A stretch of DNA of 62,097 bases, filler included, from Barthelona sp. PAP020 (GCA_040182905.1; 2 parts of 2 records of this genome joined end to end with filler, not necessarily neighbours in it), one strand, 5' to 3'. Counted from the first letter of the whole stretch, positions 28,294 through 39,340 are shown. Made by a program: numbers and translations. The notes: generated by a model not told the origin, from the letters alone.

Positions 28294-30177
28294 ATGAATG
28301 AAATTAGCGATGAGAAAATAGACATTGATATTGGAGATATGGTTGTTCCTTTAGAGGATGAAAATCAATTACCATCTGGTTCAAATCTTAGCGGAACGAA
28401 ATTTTCTTTTAGTGGAACTGGATTTCTTGTTTTATTGTTTAGATTGGCAATTATATTAGGAATTTTTTTAATTAGTTATTTGGTAGCTGTTAATTATGAT
28501 ATTCAAATCTTTAATCTTCAAACTCAAAATAAATATCAAGTTGGATCAAAAGTTCAATTAACAATGGGAACTTTATTCAGTTCAAGAACAGGTTTAAAAA
28601 TTGTTCCACCTCCACAAAGTCTGTTCAAGACTCAAACCTGTCCCAAATTACTCTCTTTAGAGTCTAATTTTGCTGAAAAATTGTCAGGAGATCTCTCATA
28701 TTTGATGGAAATGGGAGAAAATTATATATTTGTGGGAAAAAATTTGTCCTTAACTTTTCCTGGTTGTAAAGTCAAATTGCCTGATATTATATTGCCTGAT
28801 AGATATGAATTTTCTTTTGAAATCGATAATATGCCTTTATTTAATCCAGCAACTGTTGGTAAAGAAAGAGCATTATCCACTCATGTTCCTGCCACTTATC
28901 AAAATCCTGACACTTTGATTTTATCTTTTTTTCAAGAATTTAACATTCAAATGCTTTATAATGAACAAAAGGATGGAATTCGGATCATTGGTGGATATAT
29001 AGTACCTGTTCTGCCCACTAGTGAAAGCAGTGATGATTTTTCGTTGAATTTCAATTGGATAAAGACTGAAACATTATGGAATAAGAGATGGAAAGTCATG
29101 TCAGTTTCTCCTTATGCCAAATATAACTTAATTTCCTCTATTGAATATGGTGTCCTATTGATTGTTAGTTTTGTTCTATTAGATAGACTTTATTCTGCTA
29201 AAGACAAGGATTTAACTCAAGGATATAAATCTTTACATGGAGATGTCTTCCGTCAACCTCCTATGTCTTTGCCCCTCTTTGTTATCGTTGGTACAAGTGC
29301 TCAATTAACTTTAACCATTATTTTGGTCCTGCTATTATCGTCTGTTGGACTTATTTCCCATGCTAATCATGGTTCTTTTATTGGCGGTTTCGTATTCACT
29401 TACATGGTTACCGCTCTTTTTGGTTCTTATATCGCTCATATTATTCGTAAAGCTTATGATCATAAAGGTATCAAGCGATTAATTATGATGTTACTAATCA
29501 CTGTTCCTGGAATTTTTATCGGTATTGTTGCACTCAGACAAATGTTTACCGTTGATACTGCATATTCTTTGGAATTTCCTTCTTTTATTTTATTGGTATT
29601 CTTTGGTGCAATCAGTGCTGGATTCAGTTTCTTAGGAACTTTCTTGGGCCATTGGTGGTTTCCCAAAGAACTTTTCAAATTCCCCACTTCAACAAGAGCT
29701 ATTCCTAGAACCTTACCAAATTTACCTTTCTTTGAAAAACCCTTTGTTTTATCAGTGATCGTTGGAATCACTTTGGCATTTTTAGCTATGCCATTGCATT
29801 ACATGGTATTAAATTCATGGTTATATTCTGTGCCCATACGTAATTACGCTTTATTGTTCTTTAATGTGATTCTGTTCTTTGCTGTTGCAAGCGTCTTGAT
29901 AGTTTACGTCATATTTTTGTTATTATCCAATTTTTACTATCAGTGGCAATGGATCCCTATCATTGCAGGTATATCTTATCAAATTGTTGTTACTGTTTTA
30001 CATTTAACATTTTTAAGCAGTAAAATGTCTTCATTGTGGTCTTTAGGAGTTTTGGTCAATATAATCATTCAAAATACAGTTATTTCAGTACCTATGGCAG
30101 GAGGTGTCATATTTTGTGGTTTTATTTCATGTCTTTGGTTTTTAAGACAAACTTATGCTTCTGTTCGTGTTAGATAA
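28294..30177 (+). CDS. Transmembrane 9 superfamily (TM9SF/EMP70) protein
   Basis: FEIDNMP, GYKSLHGDVFRQP, RAIP and YQWQW motifs with nine C-terminal hydrophobic segments. Confidence 0.87.
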   Translation: MNEISDEKIDIDIGDMVVPLEDENQLPSGSNLSGTKFSFSGTGFLVLLFRLAIILGIFLISYLVAVNYDIQIFNLQTQNKYQVGSKVQLTMGTLFSSRTGLKIVPPPQSLFKTQTCPKLLSLESNFAEKLSGDLSYLMEMGENYIFVGKNLSLTFPGCKVKLPDIILPDRYEFSFEIDNMPLFNPATVGKERALSTHVPATYQNPDTLILSFFQEFNIQMLYNEQKDGIRIIGGYIVPVLPTSESSDDFSLNFNWIKTETLWNKRWKVMSVSPYAKYNLISSIEYGVLLIVSFVLLDRLYSAKDKDLTQGYKSLHGDVFRQPPMSLPLFVIVGTSAQLTLTIILVLLLSSVGLISHANHGSFIGGFVFTYMVTALFGSYIAHIIRKAYDHKGIKRLIMMLLITVPGIFIGIVALRQMFTVDTAYSLEFPSFILLVFFGAISAGFSFLGTFLGHWWFPKELFKFPTSTRAIPRTLPNLPFFEKPFVLSVIVGITLAFLAMPLHYMVLNSWLYSVPIRNYALLFFNVILFFAVASVLIVYVIFLLLSNFYYQWQWIPIIAGISYQIVVTVLHLTFLSSKMSSLWSLGVLVNIIIQNTVISVPMAGGVIFCGFISCLWFLRQTYASVRVR

Positions 30178-30272
30178 AATGAAACATTTTGTGTGTAAAA
30201 ATAAAAAAAATTTTTTTTTGGTATTTTTTTATCTACTGATCAGTTTACACATTATCGATTGATATTATTATT

Positions 30273-30878
30273 ATGAGTGATATCAATAGCAGTTTAAAAT
30301 TAAAAAATATATCGAATAATTTGTACAAAAAATTATTGAATAGTTGGGAAGATTTCAATAGCAGTGTTGATTATATTATAACCATATTGAATGATTATTC
30401 CATTTCTACTTATTCTAATGAAGAATTTAGCACATTTAAAATAGCAGATTTTAATAATGTATTAAAGAAAGCGAATGATTTAAGTTTATTGTTCAACGAA
30501 ATTAAATCAAAATTAAACGATAATCTTAGTAATGACAATTCAACATTTCTGTCCCAACATGACCTTTTATTGGTTCCACAAAATGAAATTCTGGAAAATT
30601 TATATCAACAATATAGAACAATGGAACCAAATGAAGTTACAAAGAATATTTTAATCAAAATAACACAGTTAAAGGTTGCATTAAATTGCTTTACGAATGA
30701 AAAACAAAATGAAACTCAAAATATTATCGAAGATATTGTAGATTCCTCGCCAGATATGAAAAAAATGTATTCCGATGGGTGTAATGGTAAAGAAACTGAC
30801 CTTTCAGAGGGATTAATTGAGTATCAAAAAAAATATTTTGACATTTGTGAAAATGCTTTAAATATTCTCAGATCGTGA
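30273..30878 (+). CDS. Hypothetical protein, weakly Mediator MED8-like
   Basis: 201-aa ATG ORF. LLLVPQ...YRTMEPNEV loosely recalls the MED8 P...LRTKPxPEV pattern; the family call is tentative. Confidence 0.55.
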   Translation: MSDINSSLKLKNISNNLYKKLLNSWEDFNSSVDYIITILNDYSISTYSNEEFSTFKIADFNNVLKKANDLSLLFNEIKSKLNDNLSNDNSTFLSQHDLLLVPQNEILENLYQQYRTMEPNEVTKNILIKITQLKVALNCFTNEKQNETQNIIEDIVDSSPDMKKMYSDGCNGKETDLSEGLIEYQKKYFDICENALNILRS

Positions 30879-31010
30879 GGTTTTTGTTTTGAATATAAAT
30901 TATTTTGAATATTATGTGTTGTTTTTTTATTTGATGAAAATTTCATTTATTTATGAGGATATTCTTTGATTGGTAGTTGTTCTTTTTTTTTTTTTTTGTG
31001 AATTGTTGAG

Positions 31011-31110
31011 NNNNNNNNNNNNNNNNNNNNNNNNNNNNNNNNNNNNNNNNNNNNTTAATTAATTAANNNNNNNNNNNNNNNNNNNNNNNNNNNNNNNNNN
31101 NNNNNNNNNN
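31011..31110. other. Artificial contig-joining linker (44 N + TTAATTAATTAA + 44 N)
   Basis: Exactly 100 bp, symmetric, with a palindromic six-frame stop cassette at 31055-31066. Confidence 0.97.
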
Positions 31111-31146
31111 ATAAATCATTGTATATGTATTGGATCATATTTAACA

Positions 31147-31594
31147 ATCAGAAGTGCAAGAATAGAACCTAGAACAATGTTTATTTTGTCTTTTGGGTGA
31201 AATCCGTCCGCTTTGCTACGAACAATTATTGTTCTCGGTTAAAGTTTGGAAGGTACTTGCAACTGAGTGGTTTTGAGTTGATGGTTCAGAACACTCTTAA
31301 AAAAAGGAGAAATGCTTCGGGTTCAGATGGGGTTGGTATTTAAAGAAAAGTGTGATACTTTCCTTTAGCCCTTTGATTCACTTTAATATCTCCACTTCTG
31401 TTCTCTTTCTGGGAGTTTGATATTCTCTGTTGACCTAACCTATTTACTTGTATCCTTAATCTTTGAATTCTTACGATTCTGCATTATTGCTTGTGCTTAA
31501 ACTTTGATACCTATTAATATCAGAAATTGCAAGAACAACCTTAAACCAATTTATATTGTTTTTTCAGTGAAATCCGTTCCCTTTGCTGCGAACA
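31147..31594. repeat. Two diverged direct repeats of about 78 bp (31147-31224, 31519-31594) in decayed coding-like DNA
   Basis: ATCAGAAGTGCAAGAA...GTGAAATCCGTCCGCTTTGCTACGAACA versus ATCAGAAATTGCAAGAA...GTGAAATCCGTTCCCTTTGCTGCGAACA. Confidence 0.75.
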
Positions 31595-32137
31595 CTTCTG
31601 AACAGTTTATATCCAACTCTTAGGTGTTGAAGATTGTGGTTGAGACATTGGTGGCGTGATCAATTTTATCATTCTTTCCTTCTTTTAAAAATTAATAAAT
31701 TAAAATGTAAAGAAAAACAAATGTAAGATTAAAACCAGACCACTACAATAGCAATTGAAACGTAAAATAATAAAACTTTGGTATGAAACTTTTGAAAATT
31801 TTTCCATCATTGTGACTAGTCAAACATCTGTTCCATATTGATTGAGTTCTGATATAAACTGTTACTTTCTTTTTATTCAAGTTTTGGGACTTGCAAGAGT
31901 TGGATATGTTAAGATGTTAGAAATCTCGTTATCTCAAAAAATGTGCAAACCAAAAAAGATCAAAACAAAATGAGGAACAGAAGAATCTTATTCAATGCAG
32001 CAAAAATTTGTCTCCTATTGTGACTCTTTTCAAAACTTCTACCATTTCCTTCTGTGTAACATATTAAATATGAAAACAAGAATGTGTATGATAAATTTAT
32101 GTGACTAAAATGAATGTGATAATAAAAAGAATTGATT

Positions 32138-33448
32138 TCACAACTTGGGGACTTGCTTTGTATCTATAATAATCTCGGCAAACCGCTCTCTGGAGTCTGG
32201 TTGCAATGAAGCAAAATCAATAGGTCCAATATTTGCATCATTTGAATTTTTTCTTTTACTCTCTTGTGAATAATCTCGCGAGAAGAAAGAAACATCTGTT
32301 TTTGCCTTTTTCATGTTCTTTTTTTTCATTTTAGAAAGTCGGGAAAGATCATTTTCAACATTTGAGCCGGATGAATTGCTCATAGATCTTGCTGAGGTGG
32401 ATAATACAGAAGAAGAATTGTTAACATGCAAAGGAATTTCTATTGAATCTAAAAATGATCTGGAATTATCTTGATTTTGAGACAACAATCGAGATTCAAT
32501 ACGTTTTCTTGCATTTTCTTGATTTAATTCCTCCATATTATCATTTTCTTTCTTTTCCAATCCTTCCAAAAAACTCTTATCTAAATGAGTTTTGGAATAT
32601 CTGGAATTAGCTTTTCTACGTTTCTTAGCAAGGTTATCAAATCCTTCTTGCATAACTCCCAAATTTCCTGCATAAGCTAACCTTTCCCTTCGCCTAGCCT
32701 CTCTTTCTCTTCTTTCCTTTTCTTTTACCTCCTCAATGATTCTTTTTTGCTCTTCTAATTCATTATCCAATCTTGCAGCTTCTCCAATGGGTATAATATG
32801 CTCTCTAACATCAATATGTGCCATATCATCAGCAGTTAAAAATGAATCACGATCATTCTCTTTTTCGTCTTCACTGTCGTTTTCGCTTTCGACTTTATCT
32901 GCTTCAAAATCTAGAAGCGTTCTTTGACTCATGTCAATCAACTTGTTTTGTTCAACTAAAGCTTGTCTATCATCATGTATAATTTGCTGTAAACGTCTTT
33001 GTTCTTCTTCCTTTGATATATCTTCCACATAAGATACAAACTCAACAGGTCGTTCCAAAGGTTCATCGAAAGTATCATCCAATTCATCAATGTGTTTACC
33101 ATCTTGAAGAAATTCATCTTCTTCAATATCTTCTTTTTCACTTTCATTTTCTTTCTGTTCTTCATTTGCTATACTATCTTCATCATTGCCATTTTCGTTT
33201 GTTTCCTTAAAATTCAATATCTTTTGGATTTTCAAGATATCTTCATCTTCTTTATGTTTTAAAATATTGGTGACATCTTCATCTTCAAAATCAAAGTTGG
33301 TATCATACAATGCCGATATTTCAACAGCTTTCAGTTTAGATACAACTTCTAAAATTTCTGCTCCATTTTCATCAAGTGTCATATTACCTTCAATTTTAGA
33401 CGCCTTAAAATCGTTTGGTCGAATATTACATGGAAATGGATCAACCAT
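32138..33448 (-). CDS. Acidic/coiled-coil protein, possibly Mrc1/Claspin-like
   Basis: 436-aa charged ORF. LLDFEADKVESENDSEDE followed by a charged helix and KKRRK recalls the Mrc1-like domain; the family call is tentative. Confidence 0.7.
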   Translation of the reverse strand: MVDPFPCNIRPNDFKASKIEGNMTLDENGAEILEVVSKLKAVEISALYDTNFDFEDEDVTNILKHKEDEDILKIQKILNFKETNENGNDEDSIANEEQKENESEKEDIEEDEFLQDGKHIDELDDTFDEPLERPVEFVSYVEDISKEEEQRRLQQIIHDDRQALVEQNKLIDMSQRTLLDFEADKVESENDSEDEKENDRDSFLTADDMAHIDVREHIIPIGEAARLDNELEEQKRIIEEVKEKERREREARRRERLAYAGNLGVMQEGFDNLAKKRRKANSRYSKTHLDKSFLEGLEKKENDNMEELNQENARKRIESRLLSQNQDNSRSFLDSIEIPLHVNNSSSVLSTSARSMSNSSGSNVENDLSRLSKMKKKNMKKAKTDVSFFSRDYSQESKRKNSNDANIGPIDFASLQPDSRERFAEIIIDTKQVPKL

Positions 33449-33613
33449 AGTAGAAATAAAATTGAGTTTATAAATTTTTGCATCATTTTTGTTTTCCCTT
33501 CATTTTTAACAAGAGTTAAATTGTTCTTTTATAAGATTAATGAATATTTTCATATTTACATCCATAAAAATAACAAATAAAGATAAATTTACAACATATT
33601 TCACAAAAAAACT

Positions 33614-35266
33614 TTAATAATCAGGAAGATAATTTCTAAGGTACTGATTTTCTGCTCTTAAGTTTTCAATTTCTGTTTTCATTTCATTCATTGCGTTTAA
33701 GCTATTTTCTTTGAAAGAATTCATTTCTTCCTCCAAGCTTTGCATCCTTAAGACTAAATTTACATGCATATCACTGATAGAACTATGAATCGACCTCAGT
33801 TGTGATGACAAATTGAGTACGTCCGATTGTTCAAAACCAATTCTGTTAGTCGAATATTTTTCATTCACCAAATTGTGATTATCCAGTCTTTGAGTGTGCA
33901 AATCTTCTTCATTTGAATTATTACTGGGAATAGAAGGAGCGAATTGAACAATTTTTGGTACTTTCTTCGTTGGGTGAACAACATACTTCTCTTCAACTTC
34001 CTTAAATTTGTCATGAATATCTTCTTTGTCTTTTGGAACCCTTGACTTGGTTTCATTAACAAGTTTTGGTGACCTAGCAGGAGGGGATAGTTCGACTTGT
34101 TTATTTGGGGTAGAAAGTGGTTCAAATTTATTTGATCGAGAGATTTCACTAATTTGTTGATTTTTTGAGTTATCTGGGGTTTTTATTTTATTTGCTACCC
34201 GTTCAGTTGAATGCTTGTTCGGCGATGGTGATTTTTGGGTGTTTTTTGGCGAACTTGTTTGTTTTTGATCCTTTTCACCACTCTTTGAATGTATAATATT
34301 GTCAATCTTTAAAGTACCAGGAGTATTTGGAGCAGGTCTTTGAGGTTTTACGTTCGACTTCACTGTATGTTTAAACCAACGTAAAGAAGTTAATGGAGTG
34401 TTATCAATAAAAACGGTACTAGGTTGAAAACTATTAGTTAAGTCAACAAAATGAACCTGGCCAATTTGATCACAAAACGCCAAAATAGACCCAGTCTTAA
34501 AATGAATTCCTGTCAACCCAAATTTAGTGTTGATGACTTGAACGATCCTTTTCGAATCTCTAACATCATAAAGAACAACTTTTCCATCTGTTCCACAAGT
34601 TGCCATCAAACAACGATTTACTGGAGAAAAAGCACACCCAGTTGGTCGTGACACGTGAGCTTGAGAGAATCGAAAGTCATTATGATTCTCAATATCGAAT
34701 ATTAAGATTTCCCCATTGGAAAATCCACAAGCAAATAAAGAAGGGTTTAAAATGGAGAATTCTAAAAAAGAACCAGATATATTTGCAGTTGGTACGGTTT
34801 TAGCATAGACAAGAGCTTCAGTTTCGAATTCATGAATCGTTAAAGATCCATCATCTCCTAAAGATGCAACATACATTTGATTGGGTGATATTCTTGCTGC
34901 AATAACTGAAGACTTTGAATTGCGATGAAACGATTTCACAGGACGCAGAGTTCTCAAACTGATAACCATCAAGTTGGATGTCATTGCAGATACTAATAAA
35001 TACTCTTGAGTTGTTGATACATGCACAGATGTAATGGCAGCTGAAAATTTTAAAAAATTATATTCTTTTAATTCTCTATTAATAAAAAAAATGTACTCAT
35101 TGCTTGTTCCAAATATTAACTGTCCATTATTTGCTCGATCACAACAAGTAATTTGGGGTTTGATATCTAATTTGCTAAAATAATCAAGAATGTCATAAGT
35201 CTGTGTTACGTCACCATATTGCTCATGCCATTTCGACGTATTCGAAGTAATTAACAGAGAATCCAT
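33614..35266 (-). CDS. NEDD1: NEDD1/GCP-WD (gamma-tubulin ring complex targeting factor)
   Basis: N-terminal WD40 propeller (AHVSRPTGCAFSPVNRCLMATCGTDGKVVLYD), S/P-rich linker, and a C-terminal helix IHSSISDMHVNLV...EIENLRAENQYLR matching the NEDD1 C-terminus. Confidence 0.8.
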   Translation of the reverse strand: MDSLLITSNTSKWHEQYGDVTQTYDILDYFSKLDIKPQITCCDRANNGQLIFGTSNEYIFFINRELKEYNFLKFSAAITSVHVSTTQEYLLVSAMTSNLMVISLRTLRPVKSFHRNSKSSVIAARISPNQMYVASLGDDGSLTIHEFETEALVYAKTVPTANISGSFLEFSILNPSLFACGFSNGEILIFDIENHNDFRFSQAHVSRPTGCAFSPVNRCLMATCGTDGKVVLYDVRDSKRIVQVINTKFGLTGIHFKTGSILAFCDQIGQVHFVDLTNSFQPSTVFIDNTPLTSLRWFKHTVKSNVKPQRPAPNTPGTLKIDNIIHSKSGEKDQKQTSSPKNTQKSPSPNKHSTERVANKIKTPDNSKNQQISEISRSNKFEPLSTPNKQVELSPPARSPKLVNETKSRVPKDKEDIHDKFKEVEEKYVVHPTKKVPKIVQFAPSIPSNNSNEEDLHTQRLDNHNLVNEKYSTNRIGFEQSDVLNLSSQLRSIHSSISDMHVNLVLRMQSLEEEMNSFKENSLNAMNEMKTEIENLRAENQYLRNYLPDY

Positions 35267-35392
35267 GAATTATTCGAAAGCTTAAAACGCAAAAAAATGT
35301 TGAACCAAATGGAGCTCTTTTTTTAATATTTTTTATCATGCATCTTTTGATTATTTGAACAACTTTGTTTAAAACAACTTCGAAAACAAAAA

Positions 35393-35980
35393 ATGATTGA
35401 TAATTTTGATTGTTCAAAGTTGATATTTCGACCCTACCTTCAAACTGATATTTTTGAGATAAAACAATTATTTGCGGTTAGTTTTCCTATTAGTTATTCA
35501 GATGATTATTTTAAAGATATTCAAACATTTGATTACACTCAAATTGTCGAATATGATCACAAAGTTATTGGAATAGCTGTTGGGTTCTTTCATTCATATC
35601 CTGATCTTTTTACAAACAGAAGTTTATTAGCATTTAATGATAGGATTGGTAGTTATTTGTATTTGGCTAATATTGCTGTTTTACCTGATTTCCAAAAATT
35701 GGGGGTTGGTCATTTATTAATAGTAAATTTGCAAAACTTCTGTTTAATAAATTCTTTTAAATGTGTTTATCTACATGTTTTGAGGTCTAATCAAAATGCT
35801 ATTAATTTTTACAAAAACCATGATTTTGTGGAAATGTATCTTGAAAGGAGTTTTTATTCAATACACAGAACTCTTCAAGATGCGGAAATTCTTGTTTATC
35901 CCATTAACGCAAGATTAGCTAATGAAGATAGCTTTTTTGGGAAACTAAAATCTTTCATTGTTTCCTTCTTTCAAATATAA
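35393..35980 (+). CDS. NAA60: N-terminal acetyltransferase, NAA60 (NatF)-like GNAT
   Basis: FPISY, YLANIAVLPDFQKLGVG, VYLHVLRSNQNAINFY, FYSI...DA..LVYPIN and an amphipathic C-terminal helix as in NAA60. Confidence 0.72.
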   Translation: MIDNFDCSKLIFRPYLQTDIFEIKQLFAVSFPISYSDDYFKDIQTFDYTQIVEYDHKVIGIAVGFFHSYPDLFTNRSLLAFNDRIGSYLYLANIAVLPDFQKLGVGHLLIVNLQNFCLINSFKCVYLHVLRSNQNAINFYKNHDFVEMYLERSFYSIHRTLQDAEILVYPINARLANEDSFFGKLKSFIVSFFQI

Positions 35981-36181
35981 ATTTCGAATTTTTTTTTTCC
36001 TTTGGACAAATCTTTTCTTAAACCTTTAAAAAAATAAATTTATGACTTTAGATAAATAAATAGAGAAAGACATTATGGGTTAATGATAATTTGAGTATGA
36101 GCAAAAAACAAGCAAGCGGATTTATTTCTTTCAATTTTTTGTTTTGGTCAATTTTCATTTATTTAAGTGAGTAGTACTGAT

Positions 36182-37228
36182 ATGATTAACGATTTTAATG
36201 AGTTAAAAAGAGAACCATATGTATCATCAACTGAAAATTACAAAAGAAAATTCTCATTTAATCGAAGCAAACTTTCATCCAATTCTCATTCCCATAAATT
36301 TAAGTATAGAACGAATTCTTTACCATCTGAGGAAGAGTTGAGAGAGAAATTGATAAAAACAAATCAAAAGTTGGAAAAGGAGAAGAATTTTTTGAAAGAT
36401 TTAACTGCAAATGAAAATAAGGAGTTATTCGATTTGTATGATCGATGTAAAAAAGATCAAAACACTTTGAAATCGTTATATGATGAGAATATGAAGTTGA
36501 TGACAAAATTGCATGAAATGCAAGAAATACATAATCGTTTATCACACAAACAAGAATCTCTTATTGAAGAAAATCGATCTAAAAGCGATATTATTTGTAA
36601 TTTAAAATTGGAAGATGCTTCATTTTATGAAAAATTGAAAAAGGATACTGAAATTATTGAAAAACAACACTCACTAGCTCTTATTGATAAATTTTTGATA
36701 AGTTTATCGAATTTTAAAATTGATTACGAAAAGTCAGGTAACTCAGCTTCCACATGTAATTTAATCATTCACATTAGCAGTTCGAAGAAATTTTACTTTG
36801 AGAATGTTGATATCACAGGTAAAAATACTGTTCCCTTTTTGTACCATTGTTCGCCTGGTGTTATTGACAGTTTGCATTCTTCACCTGAAATTGAGGAGGT
36901 CTTAAAAATAGGAATACCAACAAAGTATTCACAAAATAAGTTAAAAGATTTGTTTAATTGCATATGTGTTGCAAAGGCCAATAATGAATTGCAACTTTTA
37001 CGTAAGACAAACAATAATGACATTTTAAATGAACAAAATTCTAAGTCTGTTATTCTTAAAGTAGAAAAAGAAAGAAAAGAAGAGAAAAAAATGAAGAAGA
37101 ATGTTAGTGTTAGTGTAGAAAAAAATAATACCAAAAAAGACCGATTGAGAAAAGCCAGGGGTAAAAATGAAAAAGTTTCCAGAACTAAAGACGGTTCTAA
37201 CAATATAATGGGTGTATGGAAATACTAA
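36182..37228 (+). CDS. Hypothetical coiled-coil protein with a basic C-terminus
   Basis: Long ORF (first ATG 36182) with an N-terminal coiled coil; no family recognised. Confidence 0.7.
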   Translation: MINDFNELKREPYVSSTENYKRKFSFNRSKLSSNSHSHKFKYRTNSLPSEEELREKLIKTNQKLEKEKNFLKDLTANENKELFDLYDRCKKDQNTLKSLYDENMKLMTKLHEMQEIHNRLSHKQESLIEENRSKSDIICNLKLEDASFYEKLKKDTEIIEKQHSLALIDKFLISLSNFKIDYEKSGNSASTCNLIIHISSSKKFYFENVDITGKNTVPFLYHCSPGVIDSLHSSPEIEEVLKIGIPTKYSQNKLKDLFNCICVAKANNELQLLRKTNNNDILNEQNSKSVILKVEKERKEEKKMKKNVSVSVEKNNTKKDRLRKARGKNEKVSRTKDGSNNIMGVWKY

Positions 37229-37516
37229 AGCTTCCTTTTGTTTCTTTTTCTTTTTCTTTTTCGCAATCTGTAGTCATTCTTGTTGTAATATAAATAAATT
37301 GGAGTTTTTTTGTAAATAAATATATTTTATGGAAAACAATAAATGATTTATTTCATGATTGCATGAGTATTCAAAGACTTAAATAAACAAAAATCATGTT
37401 TATAACGTACTGTAAATTTCAAAATGAAAGAAACTGAGAATATAAGAACATATATTTTTTTATCGTTCTTAAAAATCTCATTAATTAATTTTTAAACAAT
37501 TATATGTAAGGATTAT

Positions 37517-39340
37517 ATGATTCCCACAAACGAAATATCTGAGTTTCATGATATCCTAAGAGAATTATTTTCTTCAAATATTTATGAATTTAATGATCCT
37601 ATCTATAGTCGAATATGTTCATATGATTTATCAAAATGTTGTCAAATCAATTTAAGATATTCTAATCAATTTTTTGAACAAACAAAAGATTTATGGAGTA
37701 TCAATTTGGTACAGACCAACAATTTTATAACTTTATTGGAATTATTGTTATCTATGTTTGATGATTTAACTGCATTATCAATACATCAATTTGAACAGCC
37801 CATTTTAATATTTCGAATTTTTCATGAGATCTTGTTATGTTGTTCCAAAGACTCTACACTTGATTTTTATGAATTATTTAAAAAGAATATGAAAGTTTTG
37901 GATCGTTTTTTTGTATTAATAGTGTCCATGATTGAAGTATATCAAGCTTTATGGGAAGTTGAAATTGATAATGTTCCCAGCGTATTGTTTGAATTGTTGA
38001 GAATATTACAGCTTTGGAGTTATCTTTCACATAAAAATTTAACAAAAAATAACCATTTGATTGATATTTGTTTCAATAATTTTGGTAAAACCTTATCTCT
38101 TGTGTATGTTTTGTTACGATTGACAATTGATGATTCGTCTTTGAAAAGACAGGAGGAGAAAAAAAAGCATAATTTGCTAAGAAAGTTTACAAAGCCAATT
38201 TCATGGATTGTGAGTAAGAATTCTTCAGCAGATATCATTTCTTTGACTGAAGAGACAATTATCACTTTATTGTGCTTGTTATTATTACCATCCCCAAATA
38301 ATATAGGTCTCATGGAAACCTTATTGTATTTGTGTGATATGAGTCAGCAACCTATTGAAATCATAACCAAGCATTATAAAGATACCCAAAAACAATTGAA
38401 TTTTGGCAAATTGTTAGACAAACTGCTATTTTTTCCAAAGCGTTATTCATTATGCTTGCTTCAGACCATTGGAGTGATTTCTCAGCCATTTATCGATTGT
38501 TTGACGTTAAGTGGACGCAGAATCAACCAAGTAATCATTAAGTTATTGGAATACGTTTCTGAATACCGTTCTATCTTTGCGTTAGGGTTTCTTCATTCAA
38601 TATTGGAGTCACAAGAGATTAAAACCTCTTTGAATTTGTTAAAGGTTGAGAAGTACAAGATAAATCGACGGAACTATTTTGGAGAGAACTTGATATCTAT
38701 CATTTTGCAAATTTTGCTACAAGTTTTTGAAAATCCACAAGCAGATGGTTTAAATGTGTTGAGTTTGAGTATATTTCTCCAACTTTCATTGGATATGAAA
38801 GATCTAAGTGTAAATACATGTAAAAGTATTATCAGATTGATTTTAAAGATAAAGGACGAAATTTTGTACAACTACCACAGAAATAATGAAAAGTTTAACT
38901 TCATTTTGTATTATGCTATCTTGCAAACATTATTGGTGAGTTTAAGCGTTTGTATTATGAAAAACCCTGAGGAAAATATATATCTATTGTTGGAATTAAT
39001 GGAATTAGGTGAACAATTCACATTTATTGTTGGTTTGTTGGATGATTCAGGACCAGGAAAAAATCTTCCAGAAGACCTTATTGATCCAAGTCCTGCTAGT
39101 TACTTGGCACAATTAATTGTGTTTCTTTCTACTTCCAATTCCAAACATATTCACAAAACACCCTCTACATCTTCAGATATGGCACAAAAAATTCCAATTA
39201 TCACTCTAGTGACTAGTTTCAATAAAAATAATGAATTTGCAGTCAACCTAAATCTTCATTCTTTAAATTGGAACTATCTTCACACATATCCCAGTTTTAT
39301 CTCTAAGTTATTGACAAATAATGGTTCCATCCCCTTATAA
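37517..39340 (+). CDS. Divergent dymeclin/HID1-like helical protein
   Basis: 607-aa Leu-rich helical ORF. LISIILQIL...LSIFLQLS..MKDLSVNTCKSII and LSVCIMKNPEENIYLLLEL resemble dymeclin C-terminal blocks. Confidence 0.6.
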   Translation: MIPTNEISEFHDILRELFSSNIYEFNDPIYSRICSYDLSKCCQINLRYSNQFFEQTKDLWSINLVQTNNFITLLELLLSMFDDLTALSIHQFEQPILIFRIFHEILLCCSKDSTLDFYELFKKNMKVLDRFFVLIVSMIEVYQALWEVEIDNVPSVLFELLRILQLWSYLSHKNLTKNNHLIDICFNNFGKTLSLVYVLLRLTIDDSSLKRQEEKKKHNLLRKFTKPISWIVSKNSSADIISLTEETIITLLCLLLLPSPNNIGLMETLLYLCDMSQQPIEIITKHYKDTQKQLNFGKLLDKLLFFPKRYSLCLLQTIGVISQPFIDCLTLSGRRINQVIIKLLEYVSEYRSIFALGFLHSILESQEIKTSLNLLKVEKYKINRRNYFGENLISIILQILLQVFENPQADGLNVLSLSIFLQLSLDMKDLSVNTCKSIIRLILKIKDEILYNYHRNNEKFNFILYYAILQTLLVSLSVCIMKNPEENIYLLLELMELGEQFTFIVGLLDDSGPGKNLPEDLIDPSPASYLAQLIVFLSTSNSKHIHKTPSTSSDMAQKIPIITLVTSFNKNNEFAVNLNLHSLNWNYLHTYPSFISKLLTNNGSIPL

